A stretch of DNA of 54,707 bases from an uncultured Candidatus Saccharibacteria bacterium (GCA_964614265.1 CAZTKT010000001.1:1-54707), one strand, 5' to 3'; shown: positions 8,639-18,293, numbered from the stretch's first letter. The notes: generated by a model from the letters alone, not told the origin. Made by a program: numbers and translations.

Positions 8639-10084
8639 ATGTTCTCTACCATGCCAGAATCCACTCCACAAAAATCACCATACGTCCCACAATCCACGCG
8701 TCCACCGATGCAAAAGAACTTGCGGGTGGTCCCCCACAACACCGATGCGGAACGAGCGCTCCTCGGCGCGATCATGCTCAAACCCGAGAGCATGCACGAC
8801 ATCTCTGTCTCCGTCTACCCAGAATCTTTTTATGCAGACAAGCACCGCGAAATCTTTACCGCGATGCTTGATATCTTTACCAAGAGCAACCCAATCGATT
8901 TGCTCTCTGTCACCCACAAACTGAAAGATCGCAAGGTGCTGGATCGTATCGGTGGTGCAAGTTATCTCACCGAACTGATCGAGAGTGTACCCGCCGCCGC
9001 AAACGCAAGTTACTACGCGGAAGTCGTACAAGACAAAGCAGTGCTTCGCGGACTTATCAGAGCCGCCGACGAAATCGCAGAGATTGGATTTTCAAATCCG
9101 GAAGAAGTGGACGAAGCGCTCGACAGTGCTGAGAAAAAAATCTATCAGGTCACCCAGTCACCGACGGCACAGAAGTTTACCCCAATCAAAAATTCTCTCG
9201 GCGAGGCGTGGGATCGGCTCGACCGACTCCATAATTCGAAGGACGAAATACGTGGTGTGCAGACTGGCTTTCCGGCACTGGATAGTTTACTCGCGGGTCT
9301 GCAAAAATCCGATCTCATCATTCTTGCCGCACGACCAAGTGTGGGTAAGACCGCATTTGCGCTCGATATCGCGCGCCACGCGGCCTGCCTTCACGGTGTA
9401 CCCGTTGGCATCTTCTCCCTTGAAATGAGCGATCAACAGCTCGTCGATCGCATGCTCGCCGCTGAAGCAAAGGTTGATGCGTGGAAACTCCGTACGGGGA
9501 AACTCTCAACCGATGAAGAATTTGCGCTCGTGCAAGAAGCAATGGGACGACTCTCTGAAGCGCCAATTCACATTGATGACCAGCCCGGCAATAGTATCCT
9601 CAAGATGCGTTCAGCGGCACGTCGTCTCAAAAACGAATTTGGTCTTGGACTGATCGTTGTTGATTATCTTCAGCTCATGATGCCCGCAAATATGCGCTAC
9701 CACGACTCGATGGTGCAACAAGTGACTGAGATCTCTCGTGCACTTAAAATAATGGCGCGCGAGCTTGATGTGCCCGTTCTTGCCCTCTCACAGCTCTCGC
9801 GTGCGGTCGAACAACGTGGTGGCAAACCCCGCCTCTCCGACCTTCGAGATTCCGGCTCGATCGAGCAAGATGCCGATGTTGTTATGTTTATTCACCGTGA
9901 TGATAAGACAAATGAAAACTCTGATCGACCAAACATCGCACAGATTCTCGTTGAGAAACATCGCAATGGTCCCACCGGCTCGATCGAGCTGTATTTTGAT
10001 GAGAAGCGTACAACCTTCCTCTCGCTTGAAAGCAAACGTGGTGGAGAAGATGCATTTGCCGCGACACACGATGATGATTTTTAA
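8639..10084 (+). CDS. dnaB: Replicative DNA helicase DnaB
   Basis: PHNTDAERALLGAIML N-terminal domain, Walker A (ARPSVGKT) and the RecA-like C-terminal domain. Confidence 0.96.
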   Translation: MFSTMPESTPQKSPYVPQSTRPPMQKNLRVVPHNTDAERALLGAIMLKPESMHDISVSVYPESFYADKHREIFTAMLDIFTKSNPIDLLSVTHKLKDRKVLDRIGGASYLTELIESVPAAANASYYAEVVQDKAVLRGLIRAADEIAEIGFSNPEEVDEALDSAEKKIYQVTQSPTAQKFTPIKNSLGEAWDRLDRLHNSKDEIRGVQTGFPALDSLLAGLQKSDLIILAARPSVGKTAFALDIARHAACLHGVPVGIFSLEMSDQQLVDRMLAAEAKVDAWKLRTGKLSTDEEFALVQEAMGRLSEAPIHIDDQPGNSILKMRSAARRLKNEFGLGLIVVDYLQLMMPANMRYHDSMVQQVTEISRALKIMARELDVPVLALSQLSRAVEQRGGKPRLSDLRDSGSIEQDADVVMFIHRDDKTNENSDRPNIAQILVEKHRNGPTGSIELYFDEKRTTFLSLESKRGGEDAFAATHDDDF

Positions 10085-10099
10085 TACCACACGGCGACT

Positions 10100-10714
10100 A
10101 TGACTTCCATTGAAGAGCTTTCCCGACAGTTTGAGCGTTTCCCGGGCATCGGCCCACGCCAAGCGCGACGGTTTGTCTACCATCTCTTGACTGAAGATCC
10201 ACAGGCGCTTCAGCTACTTGCCATGGCAATTGCTGACATACAAACAAAAGTTATTGAGTGCCCGCACTGTTTTCGCTATTTCGCGAGCTCCAATCGGGCA
10301 ACGCTCTGTGGCATCTGCGAAAACGGCGCTCGCAATCATGAGCTTCTCATCGTTGTCGAACGCGACTCCGACATCATGCCGATCGAATACTCGGGTACGT
10401 ACGACGGCTACTACTTCGTACTCGGCGGTACCGTTCCGCTTCTCGATCCTGAAGAAAACATAAAACTGCGCGGCGGCGCATTGCGTGGCATAACAGAGAT
10501 GCGCGCAGACGGCGGCCTCAAAGAAGTCATTCTTGCCTTCTCCGTCAATCCCGACGGAGAAAATACTGCCCGCTATGTCACGACCCTTCTCAAAGACCCT
10601 GGAGAAAAGCACGGCATAAAAATTTCTATCCTCGGACGCGGTCTTTCAACCGGCTCCGAACTTGAATACGCCGATCCTGAAACTATCAAGAATGCCCTGA
10701 AGAATCGCACCTAG
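10100..10714 (+). CDS. recR: Recombination protein RecR
   Basis: FPGIGPRQARRFVYHLL helix-hairpin-helix, a CPHC...CGIC zinc finger and a Toprim region. Confidence 0.95.
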   Translation: MTSIEELSRQFERFPGIGPRQARRFVYHLLTEDPQALQLLAMAIADIQTKVIECPHCFRYFASSNRATLCGICENGARNHELLIVVERDSDIMPIEYSGTYDGYYFVLGGTVPLLDPEENIKLRGGALRGITEMRADGGLKEVILAFSVNPDGENTARYVTTLLKDPGEKHGIKISILGRGLSTGSELEYADPETIKNALKNRT

Positions 10715-11271
10715 GCCTCGTCCTTCCCTCTGGCAGCTTTAAGCGCATTCGCGTACCACATAAGTTCATCGAGCATTTTGGAAATACGTTTGTAGTAGGA
10801 GTCATCTTGCATCACACTCTTTTCATCAAACAACTCTGCGATTTTTGAAAAATAGACCGCTTCAAGGATCGGCACAGCTTCAAGATCGATGAGTACGCTG
10901 CGTAATTGCTCTATCATGCGCGCGCCACCCATAGTTCCTGCCGAAACACCACAGATTGCGATCGGTTTGCGTTTATATTCGCCATCAGACATATCAAGCA
11001 TCATTTTGAGCTCCCCTGGATAGCCGTGGTTATACTCGGGAGAGACAATAATAAACGCATCAGCGCGTTGAGTTATGTTCGAGAGTTTTTTTGCTATCGT
11101 CGACTCCCCACTATCGTCTGTTGCCATTAGAGGGTACTCTCGTACATCAATAAATGCCGTCTCTACACTGATACGCTTTTCTACTATATTAAATACAAAA
11201 CGTGCGACATGTTCAGAACGACGTCCTTCACGAGCAGTCCCAAGAATAACTGGGATAAAGAGCGATGACAT
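10711..11271 (-). CDS. NAD(P)H-dependent FMN reductase family protein
   Basis: ILGTAREGRRSE and IIVSPEYNHGYPGELK, both typical of flavodoxin-like FMN reductases. Confidence 0.8.
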   Translation of the reverse strand: MSSLFIPVILGTAREGRRSEHVARFVFNIVEKRISVETAFIDVREYPLMATDDSGESTIAKKLSNITQRADAFIIVSPEYNHGYPGELKMMLDMSDGEYKRKPIAICGVSAGTMGGARMIEQLRSVLIDLEAVPILEAVYFSKIAELFDEKSVMQDDSYYKRISKMLDELMWYANALKAARGKDEA

Positions 11272-11297
11272 TGTGTGAGACGTTATCTACCTCCCTA

Positions 11298-11684
11298 TTA
11301 CACCAACGCTGTAATTTTTACTCGATCGTACTTCTGACGATGACCAATTTTTCGATCACGGTTACTCTTTGCCTTAAAGCGTACGATAGAAAGCTTCTTT
11401 CCTTTCTTCTCTCCCTGATAGATCGCAGTGACTTTTGCACCAGAGATGTATGGTGTACCAATGGTTGTGTCCGTACCATTATCGACCAGAAGTACCTTTT
11501 CAAATGAGACGACATCACCTTCTTTATACTCTTCGGGGAGTTGCTCGACGTCGAGAATGTCGCCCACACAGACCACGTGCTGTTTGCCCCCGCTTACAAT
11601 CACGGCAAACTCGCCATTCTTTGCCGTTCCCTTCGGTGTTGTTGTAAGTGCCTTTGTGGCGGTTTTTGACGTTTCGGGAGCCAT
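11298..11684 (-). CDS. rplU: Ribosomal protein L21 with an N-terminal extension
   Basis: FAVIVSGGKQHVVCVGDILDVEQL...KKLSIVRFKAKSNRDRKIGHRQ. Confidence 0.93.
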   Translation of the reverse strand: MAPETSKTATKALTTTPKGTAKNGEFAVIVSGGKQHVVCVGDILDVEQLPEEYKEGDVVSFEKVLLVDNGTDTTIGTPYISGAKVTAIYQGEKKGKKLSIVRFKAKSNRDRKIGHRQKYDRVKITALV

Positions 11685-11693
11685 AATCCACGC

Positions 11694-11722
11694 ATACTAC
11701 AAGAAATGAGCAGAAAACGCAA
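11694..11722 (-). promoter_or_regulatory. Candidate rplU promoter (TTGCGT-17-TAGTAT)
   Basis: On the minus strand, ttgcgt (11722-11717), a 17-nt spacer and tagtat (11699-11694). The ATG follows 9 nt after the -10 box. Confidence 0.4.
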
Positions 11723-11760
11723 CTGGTTGTGTAGACCAGGCATAACCCACCCTACAGACA

Positions 11761-11788
11761 TAAAAAATCACAACCGAAAGGGGTTGTG
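11761..11788 (-). terminator. Intrinsic terminator (minus strand)
   Basis: The minus strand reads cacaacc-ccttttc-ggttgtg followed by atttttta. Confidence 0.65.
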
Positions 11789-11976
11789 AGGGTTGCGGGT
11801 ACACGGATGTATGTTGGAAAGAACAGGCAGACTCGTGACCAAAAGGAAACCCCGACGCGAGGGTGGTGGTTCGCGTCGAGGTCGGCTGATGCGTGAGTGT
11901 TACATTTCACCAAAGAAATTAATCCTTTGGGCGGAGAAGGTAGTAGCTTCTCGCTCACACATCAGCTATGTGTCCA
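11762..11976 (-). ncRNA. Candidate structured RNA of about 215 nt, class unknown, bounded by its own promoter and terminator
   Basis: Candidate promoter TTGCAT-17-TACTAT at 12011-11983. Nested helices: closing stem 11885-11897/11954-11966 encloses hairpins gagaag/cttctc and ccaaag/ctttgg; an 8-bp GC-rich hairpin at 11853-11878; terminator at 11761-11788. No credible ORF. Confidence 0.35.
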
Positions 11977-12019
11977 AGCGACATAGTACCCCACTCCATC
12001 ACACTATGCAATAGGCACT

Positions 12020-13150
12020 TCATTCGTCACTCGCCTGTGGTCGATCAAGGGAAAGTTGCTCAACATCCATCCCACTACCGGTGATACGCAGGACATCCTT
12101 GTCTACCTTGCCGAGCTCTTTTTGTGCGGCGTTGTAGTGATTGACGGTGGTACCAAGAGCGGTACCCACTTTTTTAAAGTAATCATCGTATGCCTTGAGG
12201 TGTCGTGAAAGATCTTCTACATGTTTGCCGATTTGTTTTGCGGATTCCTCAATTTTGAATGCACGGAAACCATAGAGCACCGATTGGAGATACGCCGCAA
12301 AGGTCGTCGGGGACACGATGATCACATTCTTATCTTTATACGCATAGTCGATCAACGAACGTGTATTGACCTTGAGTGAGCCGACTTCATTGACTAATAG
12401 ATCGTAATAAATCGCTTCTGCGGGGATGTACATAAAGGCAAACGGAAGTGTCCCGTCTCGGGGACGAATGTATTTCGCCGTCTCGTCGATGCGTTTCTTC
12501 AGATCGCTGGTGAACTCTTTTTCAAGTGCTTGTCGGCGCATCTCGTCTGGCTCATCGACGAGACGGCGATAATTGTCCAATGAAAACTTTGCGTCAATCG
12601 GTATCATACCGTCCTTCGTTTCGATGACCGCATCTACTGTGTCGCCTCCCGGAAACTGATACTGCAAGTGATATGCGCCCGCAGGCAGGATGTTTTCAAG
12701 CGCGAGCTGGAGAGATGCTTCCCCGAGGTTTCCTCGCTGTTTCTGATGCTTCAAAACCTTTTCAAGGTTTTGAAGCTGTTCGGCAACCGTAAAGACTTGC
12801 TTTGACGATTCTGAAACTTGGCTTACTCCCTTTGCGACGCTTATGAGCTGTTCGTTGACTTCTTTGTTGATGTCTCGAATGAGCTTCTGTGATTCGGTAA
12901 ACTGTGTCTCAACTGCTGCATGCATGGTGCGCGTCGTCTCCCCCATTTTACGATCGAGGGTGCGAGAGAGCTCTTGTAGCTGTTGCTGGAGGAGCAACAT
13001 CTCAGTCCCCCGATTGTCGGTGCGTCCAGTCAGCGATCGTGACAGTCTAAAGAGAAAAAACCCAATGACCACCATAGTGGCCAAGATGACTACAGCCAAA
13101 AGCGGTAGAAGTGATTCCATAGGGATATAGCTTACCATACTACGAAACAT
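12020..13150 (-). CDS. rmuC: DNA recombination protein RmuC
   Basis: N-terminal TM helix and coiled coil, then IPIDAKFSLDNY, FMYIPAEAIYYDL and VIIVSPTTFAAYL. Confidence 0.9.
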   Translation of the reverse strand: MFRSMVSYIPMESLLPLLAVVILATMVVIGFFLFRLSRSLTGRTDNRGTEMLLLQQQLQELSRTLDRKMGETTRTMHAAVETQFTESQKLIRDINKEVNEQLISVAKGVSQVSESSKQVFTVAEQLQNLEKVLKHQKQRGNLGEASLQLALENILPAGAYHLQYQFPGGDTVDAVIETKDGMIPIDAKFSLDNYRRLVDEPDEMRRQALEKEFTSDLKKRIDETAKYIRPRDGTLPFAFMYIPAEAIYYDLLVNEVGSLKVNTRSLIDYAYKDKNVIIVSPTTFAAYLQSVLYGFRAFKIEESAKQIGKHVEDLSRHLKAYDDYFKKVGTALGTTVNHYNAAQKELGKVDKDVLRITGSGMDVEQLSLDRPQASDE

Positions 13151-13167
13151 GCTATACTGAACGCACT

Positions 13168-13620
13168 ATGCCCCTACACACCACCATAAAAGACCAGCTC
13201 AAAGATGCAATGAAGACAAAGGATGAAGTGCGCCTGCGGACCGTTCGCAATATGCTCACGACCTTCACGAATGAGCTTGTCGCCACAGGAAAGAAACCAC
13301 AAGACATACTTGCTGATGAAGATGTGCTCGTGGTCATCAAACGTCTCGCGAAACAGCGAAAAGACTCGATTGAACAGTTCCAGAAAGGTGGACGTCAGGA
13401 TTTGGTCGTCGGAGAAGAAAAAGAGCTTGCGATACTTGAAACGTATCTGCCCCAACTCATGACGCAAGAGGAAATAGAGCCAATCGCTCGTGCACAGAAA
13501 GAGAAACTCGGCGTCACAGGTAAGTCACAGATGGGCAAACTTATGGGGGCAATCATGAAAGAGCTTGGAGGAAAGGCGGATGGTGGAGATGTAAAAGTAG
13601 TAGTTGAGAAACTCTTTTAG
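13168..13620 (+). CDS. GatB/YqeY domain protein
   Basis: 150 aa: IKDQLKDAMKTKDEVRLRTVRNML...MGKLMGAIMKELGGKADG. Confidence 0.88.
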   Translation: MPLHTTIKDQLKDAMKTKDEVRLRTVRNMLTTFTNELVATGKKPQDILADEDVLVVIKRLAKQRKDSIEQFQKGGRQDLVVGEEKELAILETYLPQLMTQEEIEPIARAQKEKLGVTGKSQMGKLMGAIMKELGGKADGGDVKVVVEKLF

Positions 13621-13811
13621 ACTCCTAGTTCAGTTGCCTGATTCAGTGTATTGAGAAATGTTGGAATCGCAAAAAGCAGTCCAATAGCGGGCAATACCAC
13701 AAGAACCACACTGATGATAATCGTCGTCAAAAAATATTTCCGAGTCTTCTCCACCGAGACGTAAATCTGATCTATTTTTTCTTCAAGAAGTTTTAGTCGT
13801 TGTTCATCCAT
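13617..13811 (-). CDS. Small single-pass membrane protein, hypothetical
   Basis: 64 aa with an amphipathic N-terminus and one hydrophobic helix (IIISVVLVVLPAIGLLFAI). Confidence 0.4.
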   Translation of the reverse strand: MDEQRLKLLEEKIDQIYVSVEKTRKYFLTTIIISVVLVVLPAIGLLFAIPTFLNTLNQATELGV

Positions 13812-13861
13812 ATAGGCAAGTATACTCCGAGACGTCTAATCGTGCGTACCTGTCATGTGCA

Positions 13862-14263
13862 CTATCTAGCGAGCATCATCACACGTCCCTGAGACACCGT
13901 CACTTGTTTTAACTCCCTCCGGCACGCACGATACTCTGGGCAGGTGGTTGCGACGAGCGCCCAGAACTGGGGTGAATGATTGAGTTGTGCAAGATGGCAG
14001 AGTTCGTGGATGATGACGTAGTCAGCGAGGTGCGCCGGAAGGAAGGCTATTTTGTAGTTAAAATTGAGATTGCCATGTGCGGAACAGCTTCCCCAGCATG
14101 ACTTTTGATTTTTGATCGCCACTCGCTTGTAGGTAAAGTGGTAGTGTTCGTTGAGTTCGGCAAGTCGCGCGTGCACATGTGCACGCGCGACTTCTTTATG
14201 CGCGAGGTAGTGTTTCGTCGGTTGTTTCCGCACGCGCCTTCGTTTTCGACGAAACACCCACAT
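13862..14263 (-). CDS. YgjP/DUF45-type (M48-like) metal-dependent hydrolase
   Basis: WGSCSAHGNLNFNYK...YVIIHELCHLAQLNHSPQFW contains an HExxH motif. Start set at MWVFRRK, just after the msrB stop. Confidence 0.8.
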   Translation of the reverse strand: MWVFRRKRRRVRKQPTKHYLAHKEVARAHVHARLAELNEHYHFTYKRVAIKNQKSCWGSCSAHGNLNFNYKIAFLPAHLADYVIIHELCHLAQLNHSPQFWALVATTCPEYRACRRELKQVTVSQGRVMMLAR

Positions 14264-14264
14264 G

Positions 14265-14675
14265 TTAGGAACCGGTGTTCTCTTCTTCAAACCCAAGACA
14301 TACAGAGTTCATACAGTATCGCTTCCCGGTTTCTGTGGGACCATCGTCAAAAAGATGCCCGAGATGCGAGCCACAGTGCGCGCAGACGGTCTCAATTCGC
14401 CTCATGCCATGAGATATATCGGGGATCTCTCTAACCGCGCCCGGTAGCGCCTTGTCAAAACTGGGCCATCCCGTACCTGAGTCAAACTTTGCATCGGAGG
14501 GAAAGAGCGGGTTGTCACAGGCGGCACATCGATACATCCCATCACGATTTTCTTTCAGGAGCTTTCCAGAAAATGGCGCCTCTGTGTTCCCTTCACGCAA
14601 GACAGCATATGCCTCGGGAGACAATTTCTGCTTCCATTCATCTTCAGTGCTTTCTGATTGTGGATGTGTATTCAT
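14265..14675 (-). CDS. msrB: Peptide-methionine (R)-S-oxide reductase MsrB
   Basis: YRCAACDNPLF...GTGWPSF...CAHCGSHLGHLFDDGP. Confidence 0.95.
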   Translation of the reverse strand: MNTHPQSESTEDEWKQKLSPEAYAVLREGNTEAPFSGKLLKENRDGMYRCAACDNPLFPSDAKFDSGTGWPSFDKALPGAVREIPDISHGMRRIETVCAHCGSHLGHLFDDGPTETGKRYCMNSVCLGFEEENTGS

Positions 14676-14689
14676 ACTAATACGGTTAG

Positions 14690-15223
14690 TTAGTTCTTTT
14701 TTGGTACATGCTGTGCAACAAATGAGTCTCGTCCTGACGCCTGACGGTAGAGAGTATACCGTGTGGGATTCTTTTTGTCATAGTTCTGGTGATACTCTTC
14801 TGCCGGCCAAAATTTGGCGCGAGGGAGCACTGCGACCGCGAGCGGTTTGTCGTACACCTTCATTGCTTCGACATCGTGAAGCACTTTTTCGGCGGTTGTT
14901 TTTTCTTCGTCTGTTTCGTAATAGATCGCGGGACTGTACGCCATCCCGCGATCATGAAAGGAACCCTCCCCATCGGTCGGATCGATACTCTGTATAAAGA
15001 AACGGACAAGCTCTTCGTACGTGGTACGACTAGTATCATAGGTGACTTCCACGACTTCACGGTGCCCACCTTGAGCATAATTATCGTAGGTCGGATGGTC
15101 AGTTGTCCCTCCGGCGTATCCCGAGATTGCATTTGACACACTGGGCACTTTTTTAATATCGGCACCGATGCACCAAAAGCATCCTCCTGCAAAAAGTGCG
15201 GTTTTATCTGTACGATCAGACAT
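14690..15223 (-). CDS. msrA: Peptide-methionine (S)-S-oxide reductase MsrA
   Basis: ALFAGGCFWC...GHREVVEVTYD...EEYHQNY. Start set at MSDRTDK (ATG 15223). Confidence 0.94.
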   Translation of the reverse strand: MSDRTDKTALFAGGCFWCIGADIKKVPSVSNAISGYAGGTTDHPTYDNYAQGGHREVVEVTYDTSRTTYEELVRFFIQSIDPTDGEGSFHDRGMAYSPAIYYETDEEKTTAEKVLHDVEAMKVYDKPLAVAVLPRAKFWPAEEYHQNYDKKNPTRYTLYRQASGRDSFVAQHVPKKN

Positions 15224-16901
15224 GTTGTTTTTGATTATGGATGATATGAATCGCCATGAGCAGACGAATATCATTGTATGAGCATTGCTCCTTCAGATGA
15301 TAATAAATGGGTGCGAGCTTCTCGCCTCCAAGCTTTTCGGCCGCTGCTGTCACGGCATCAAGTTGCTTCGGGTCAAATTTGATATGCGCAATATCGCCAG
15401 GACTCAGTGCCCCCTCTTTTGCCAGCCGGTCGATGTGGTTGGTGATAGTCTCGACGCTCATTGCCCGCGCGCGAGCGATCTCTTCAATACTCTGGCCATT
15501 GACGAGAAGTAATCGCGTTTTCTCATAGGTTGAGGTTTTATCCACACCGCGCGCGGGTTTTACCTCAAGTGGAATGCGCTCAAGTGTCCCACCACTCGCC
15601 TTAATAAACTGTGTATGCATCTTACTTTTTTCATCTACATTCATCTCATAAAATGCTGTGCGTACTGCGTTGGACTGTTCTTGAAACTCCTCATCGTGTG
15701 CCCGCACTTGTGGATGCACCTCAAGCGCGCGCTGATTGCATCCACGGAGGAGCAGACCCGCGAGTGAACGTACTCGCGAGAGCGCCACATATCCTTGTCC
15801 GTATTCAAACGCATTTGAGAGGTCCATATCAGCGGCATCAAGCGACATACCTTGGCTCTTATGGACGGTAATTGCCCAGGCCAGCCGCAATGGTACTTGT
15901 GTCACTTCAGCCAGTACTGCGTCACCTTCCGAGATTGACCAACTTGCGGGAGAGATAGTAAGCTCTTCCCCACCGAGCGTTGCGATCACCGGATACCCAA
16001 TCTTTTCTTCATACCGCACAATCTGTCCAAGTGTCCCATTGACGTACCCCACATCAAAATTATTTTTTGTGCACATCACCATTGCCCCTATCTTTAATTC
16101 CAGATTTTCGGGCGAGAGACAACTTTTTTTTAATCCCTCAATAAGAGGTCGTGCACCTCTACTCTCCATCGCAAATATTTTTTTCTCTCCCGCAAGAGCC
16201 TGAAGGCGTTCAGCATTCATACGATCCACATCTGCGTTGTGTGTGTAGAGTCGAGTTGGTTCAATTCCATCAGGGAAACTTGTTTCCTTGCACGACTCCA
16301 ATATGTCGTACGTCGATTCATCAACCGTACTACTGCGTAAGGCAGAAAGGAGTCCTGCAAGTGAGTCATCTGATTGTCGAAATTGCTCATGGAGATAACA
16401 GACCATCAGCCCGAGCTCATGCCACAGTGGTGCGGCAAAAGCAAATTGCACTTCTCCCGTGCGCCCAATCGGTGGTAATTGAAAGAAATCTCCCACGAGT
16501 ACCACCTGCAACCCACCAAATGGTTCCCGATTTCGTCGAACCGAACGGAGCACTTGATCAACCATATGAACGACATTTGCATCAAGCATTGATATCTCAT
16601 CGATCACAAGCACCTTTGCATGCGCTATGCGTTTCGCAACACGCTCGCGCGTGGTGATTTGTTCGAGATCATATGGCGTCAGAGCATCCTTAATCCCAAT
16701 CCCCGACCATGCATGGATCGTCATCCCTCCTATATGCGTCGCTGCGATGCCGGTCGAGGCTGTCACGGCTACATCAATACCATGTTCACGTAGGTATGTA
16801 GTGTACGCATTGAGCGTATGCGTCTTTCCGGCTCCCGGCTCTCCGGTAAGGAACACATTTGCACCTGTTTTCAGCACGTCGAGTGCTTCAGATTGGGTCA
16901 T
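15216..16901 (-). CDS. Pif1/RecD-family SF1 DNA helicase with a C-terminal HTH
   Basis: GEPGAGKTH (motif I), TASTGIAA, VIDEISM, VLVGDFFQLPP and ITVHKSQG, with an IEEIARARAMSVETITNHI HTH tail. Confidence 0.9.
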   Translation of the reverse strand: MTQSEALDVLKTGANVFLTGEPGAGKTHTLNAYTTYLREHGIDVAVTASTGIAATHIGGMTIHAWSGIGIKDALTPYDLEQITTRERVAKRIAHAKVLVIDEISMLDANVVHMVDQVLRSVRRNREPFGGLQVVLVGDFFQLPPIGRTGEVQFAFAAPLWHELGLMVCYLHEQFRQSDDSLAGLLSALRSSTVDESTYDILESCKETSFPDGIEPTRLYTHNADVDRMNAERLQALAGEKKIFAMESRGARPLIEGLKKSCLSPENLELKIGAMVMCTKNNFDVGYVNGTLGQIVRYEEKIGYPVIATLGGEELTISPASWSISEGDAVLAEVTQVPLRLAWAITVHKSQGMSLDAADMDLSNAFEYGQGYVALSRVRSLAGLLLRGCNQRALEVHPQVRAHDEEFQEQSNAVRTAFYEMNVDEKSKMHTQFIKASGGTLERIPLEVKPARGVDKTSTYEKTRLLLVNGQSIEEIARARAMSVETITNHIDRLAKEGALSPGDIAHIKFDPKQLDAVTAAAEKLGGEKLAPIYYHLKEQCSYNDIRLLMAIHIIHNQKQHV

Positions 16902-16949
16902 GGGGGCTATTATACATCTTCTATAGTCCCTTGGCTTTTTGTGAGCAAT

Positions 16950-17279
16950 TTAAAACATACCCAAAAAACCGAAGAGAAACATCATACCGAGAATAGTGAG
17001 GACAATGATGCCCCCAAGTCCCATGCCAGATTTCTTGCCACCAATATCATGGTGAAGCAGTTTGTGATTTTCCCGGTCAAGACATGTGACCACGATCACC
17101 AATGAGGCGAACGCAAAGATCCCCATCGTGACAAGTGATTTGTATACCGTGTCACCCTCAAGCACTTCCCAAATAGAGAGAACGCCGACGAGCGCGAGTA
17201 ACGAAACTGAGACAATGAGAACAACCAATGTCATACCATCCCTAAACAACCTCCGAACACTGCCCCCTGATCCACTCAT
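16950..17279 (-). CDS. Small polytopic membrane protein, hypothetical
   Basis: 109 aa with three hydrophobic helices. Its ATG overlaps the TGA of the IS630-like ORF (ATGA). Confidence 0.5.
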   Translation of the reverse strand: MSGSGGSVRRLFRDGMTLVVLIVSVSLLALVGVLSIWEVLEGDTVYKSLVTMGIFAFASLVIVVTCLDRENHKLLHHDIGGKKSGMGLGGIIVLTILGMMFLFGFLGMF

Positions 17280-18293
17280 ATCCAGGTAATTGCTTCATAC
17301 CGTCGGTGTCGTCGGCTCAATTCATTGAGCCTCTTTTCAATCACTTTCTCTTGTTCTTCTATTGTTTTGAATATCTGATTGGCCGTCGCCTTCCTGATTT
17401 CCTCGAAGAATCGCTCGGCAGGATTCAGTCCCGGTGAATAGGGTGGCAGAAACAGGACGATGAGTCCCGGAATCTCCCGATGTACCAGGGGCCGGTGGCA
17501 GGGAGCATTGTCCCAAACCACGATCACCATCTTGTCTGGATGCTGTTTCTTGAGTTCCAAGAGAAAGACATGCGTAGCTTCACTATCAAAGCCGTCAATT
17601 GATGAAATATGAAAGCTCTCTCCTGAGAGCGGAGAAACGGCTGAAAAGAGATACCGATTGTCGAATGATTGTTGGCTGTCGATCGTGGTGCGCTCCCCGA
17701 CTTTTGACCAGCTTCGTCTGAAATTCGAGATGAGGCCATAGCGCATTTCGTCGGCAAAATACAGCTCGAATGGTTTCTCTTTCAGTGGCGTGAGGAACGG
17801 AATGAGACCCCCTTTTTAAACGCTTCCTGCTTTTCTTTGTTTCCTTGTACGGGGTGTGGTCTCGCTGATTTGTATGAATAATTGAGTTTGTCCATCCGAT
17901 ACCACACCGTCTGCTCGGGAATTTCTTTTTTGTGATGCTCTCTGATCCACTGCTGCATACGGGGGATTGACCAATATCCCTTTTTTGTATCGATTTCTTT
18001 CACTAACGCATCGAAAATCGCGGTATCCCACTTTGGGTTGCCCTCTGGACGACCGCCTTTGTTTGAAATGAGACCCATAGTCCCTTAGTCCCTTTTTCAT
18101 TGTATCGGTGAAGCCATGTGGTCACGCTTCCAGGATTCACGGTGAGTTGGTCCACAATTTCGTACCGTTTCTTTCCTTTTGTTGCTAATATAATTGCTTT
18201 TAATCTTGTTTTGTATGCTTCGTCAGTGGCTTTCTTTAGCTTTTCCTTCAATGCTTCGATAGTGTCGTGTGCTTTTATGGTGATATATGACAT
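17276..18293 (-). mobile_element. IS630/Tc1-mariner-family transposase gene split over three frames
   Basis: Three ORF pieces: an HTH (18293-18003, ending WLHRYNEKGTKGL), a second HTH (18078-17782, GGRPEGNPKWD...MQQWI) and a DDE domain (17746-17276, VVWDNAPCH...LPPYSPGLNPAERFFEEI). Fused, they total about 339 aa. I could not identify terminal inverted repeats. Confidence 0.8.

Noticed and set aside
11853-11878. A GGGTGGTGGTTCGCG motif resembling a T-box core or tRNA T-arm on the plus strand
   Set aside because: No plus-strand gene lies downstream. There is no specifier or antiterminator architecture, no acceptor stem and no anticodon arm. The motif is simply the loop of a hairpin in the minus-strand RNA candidate.
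14452-14997. A 181-aa plus-strand ORF
   Set aside because: It is antisense to msrB and msrA, both of which have intact active-site motifs.
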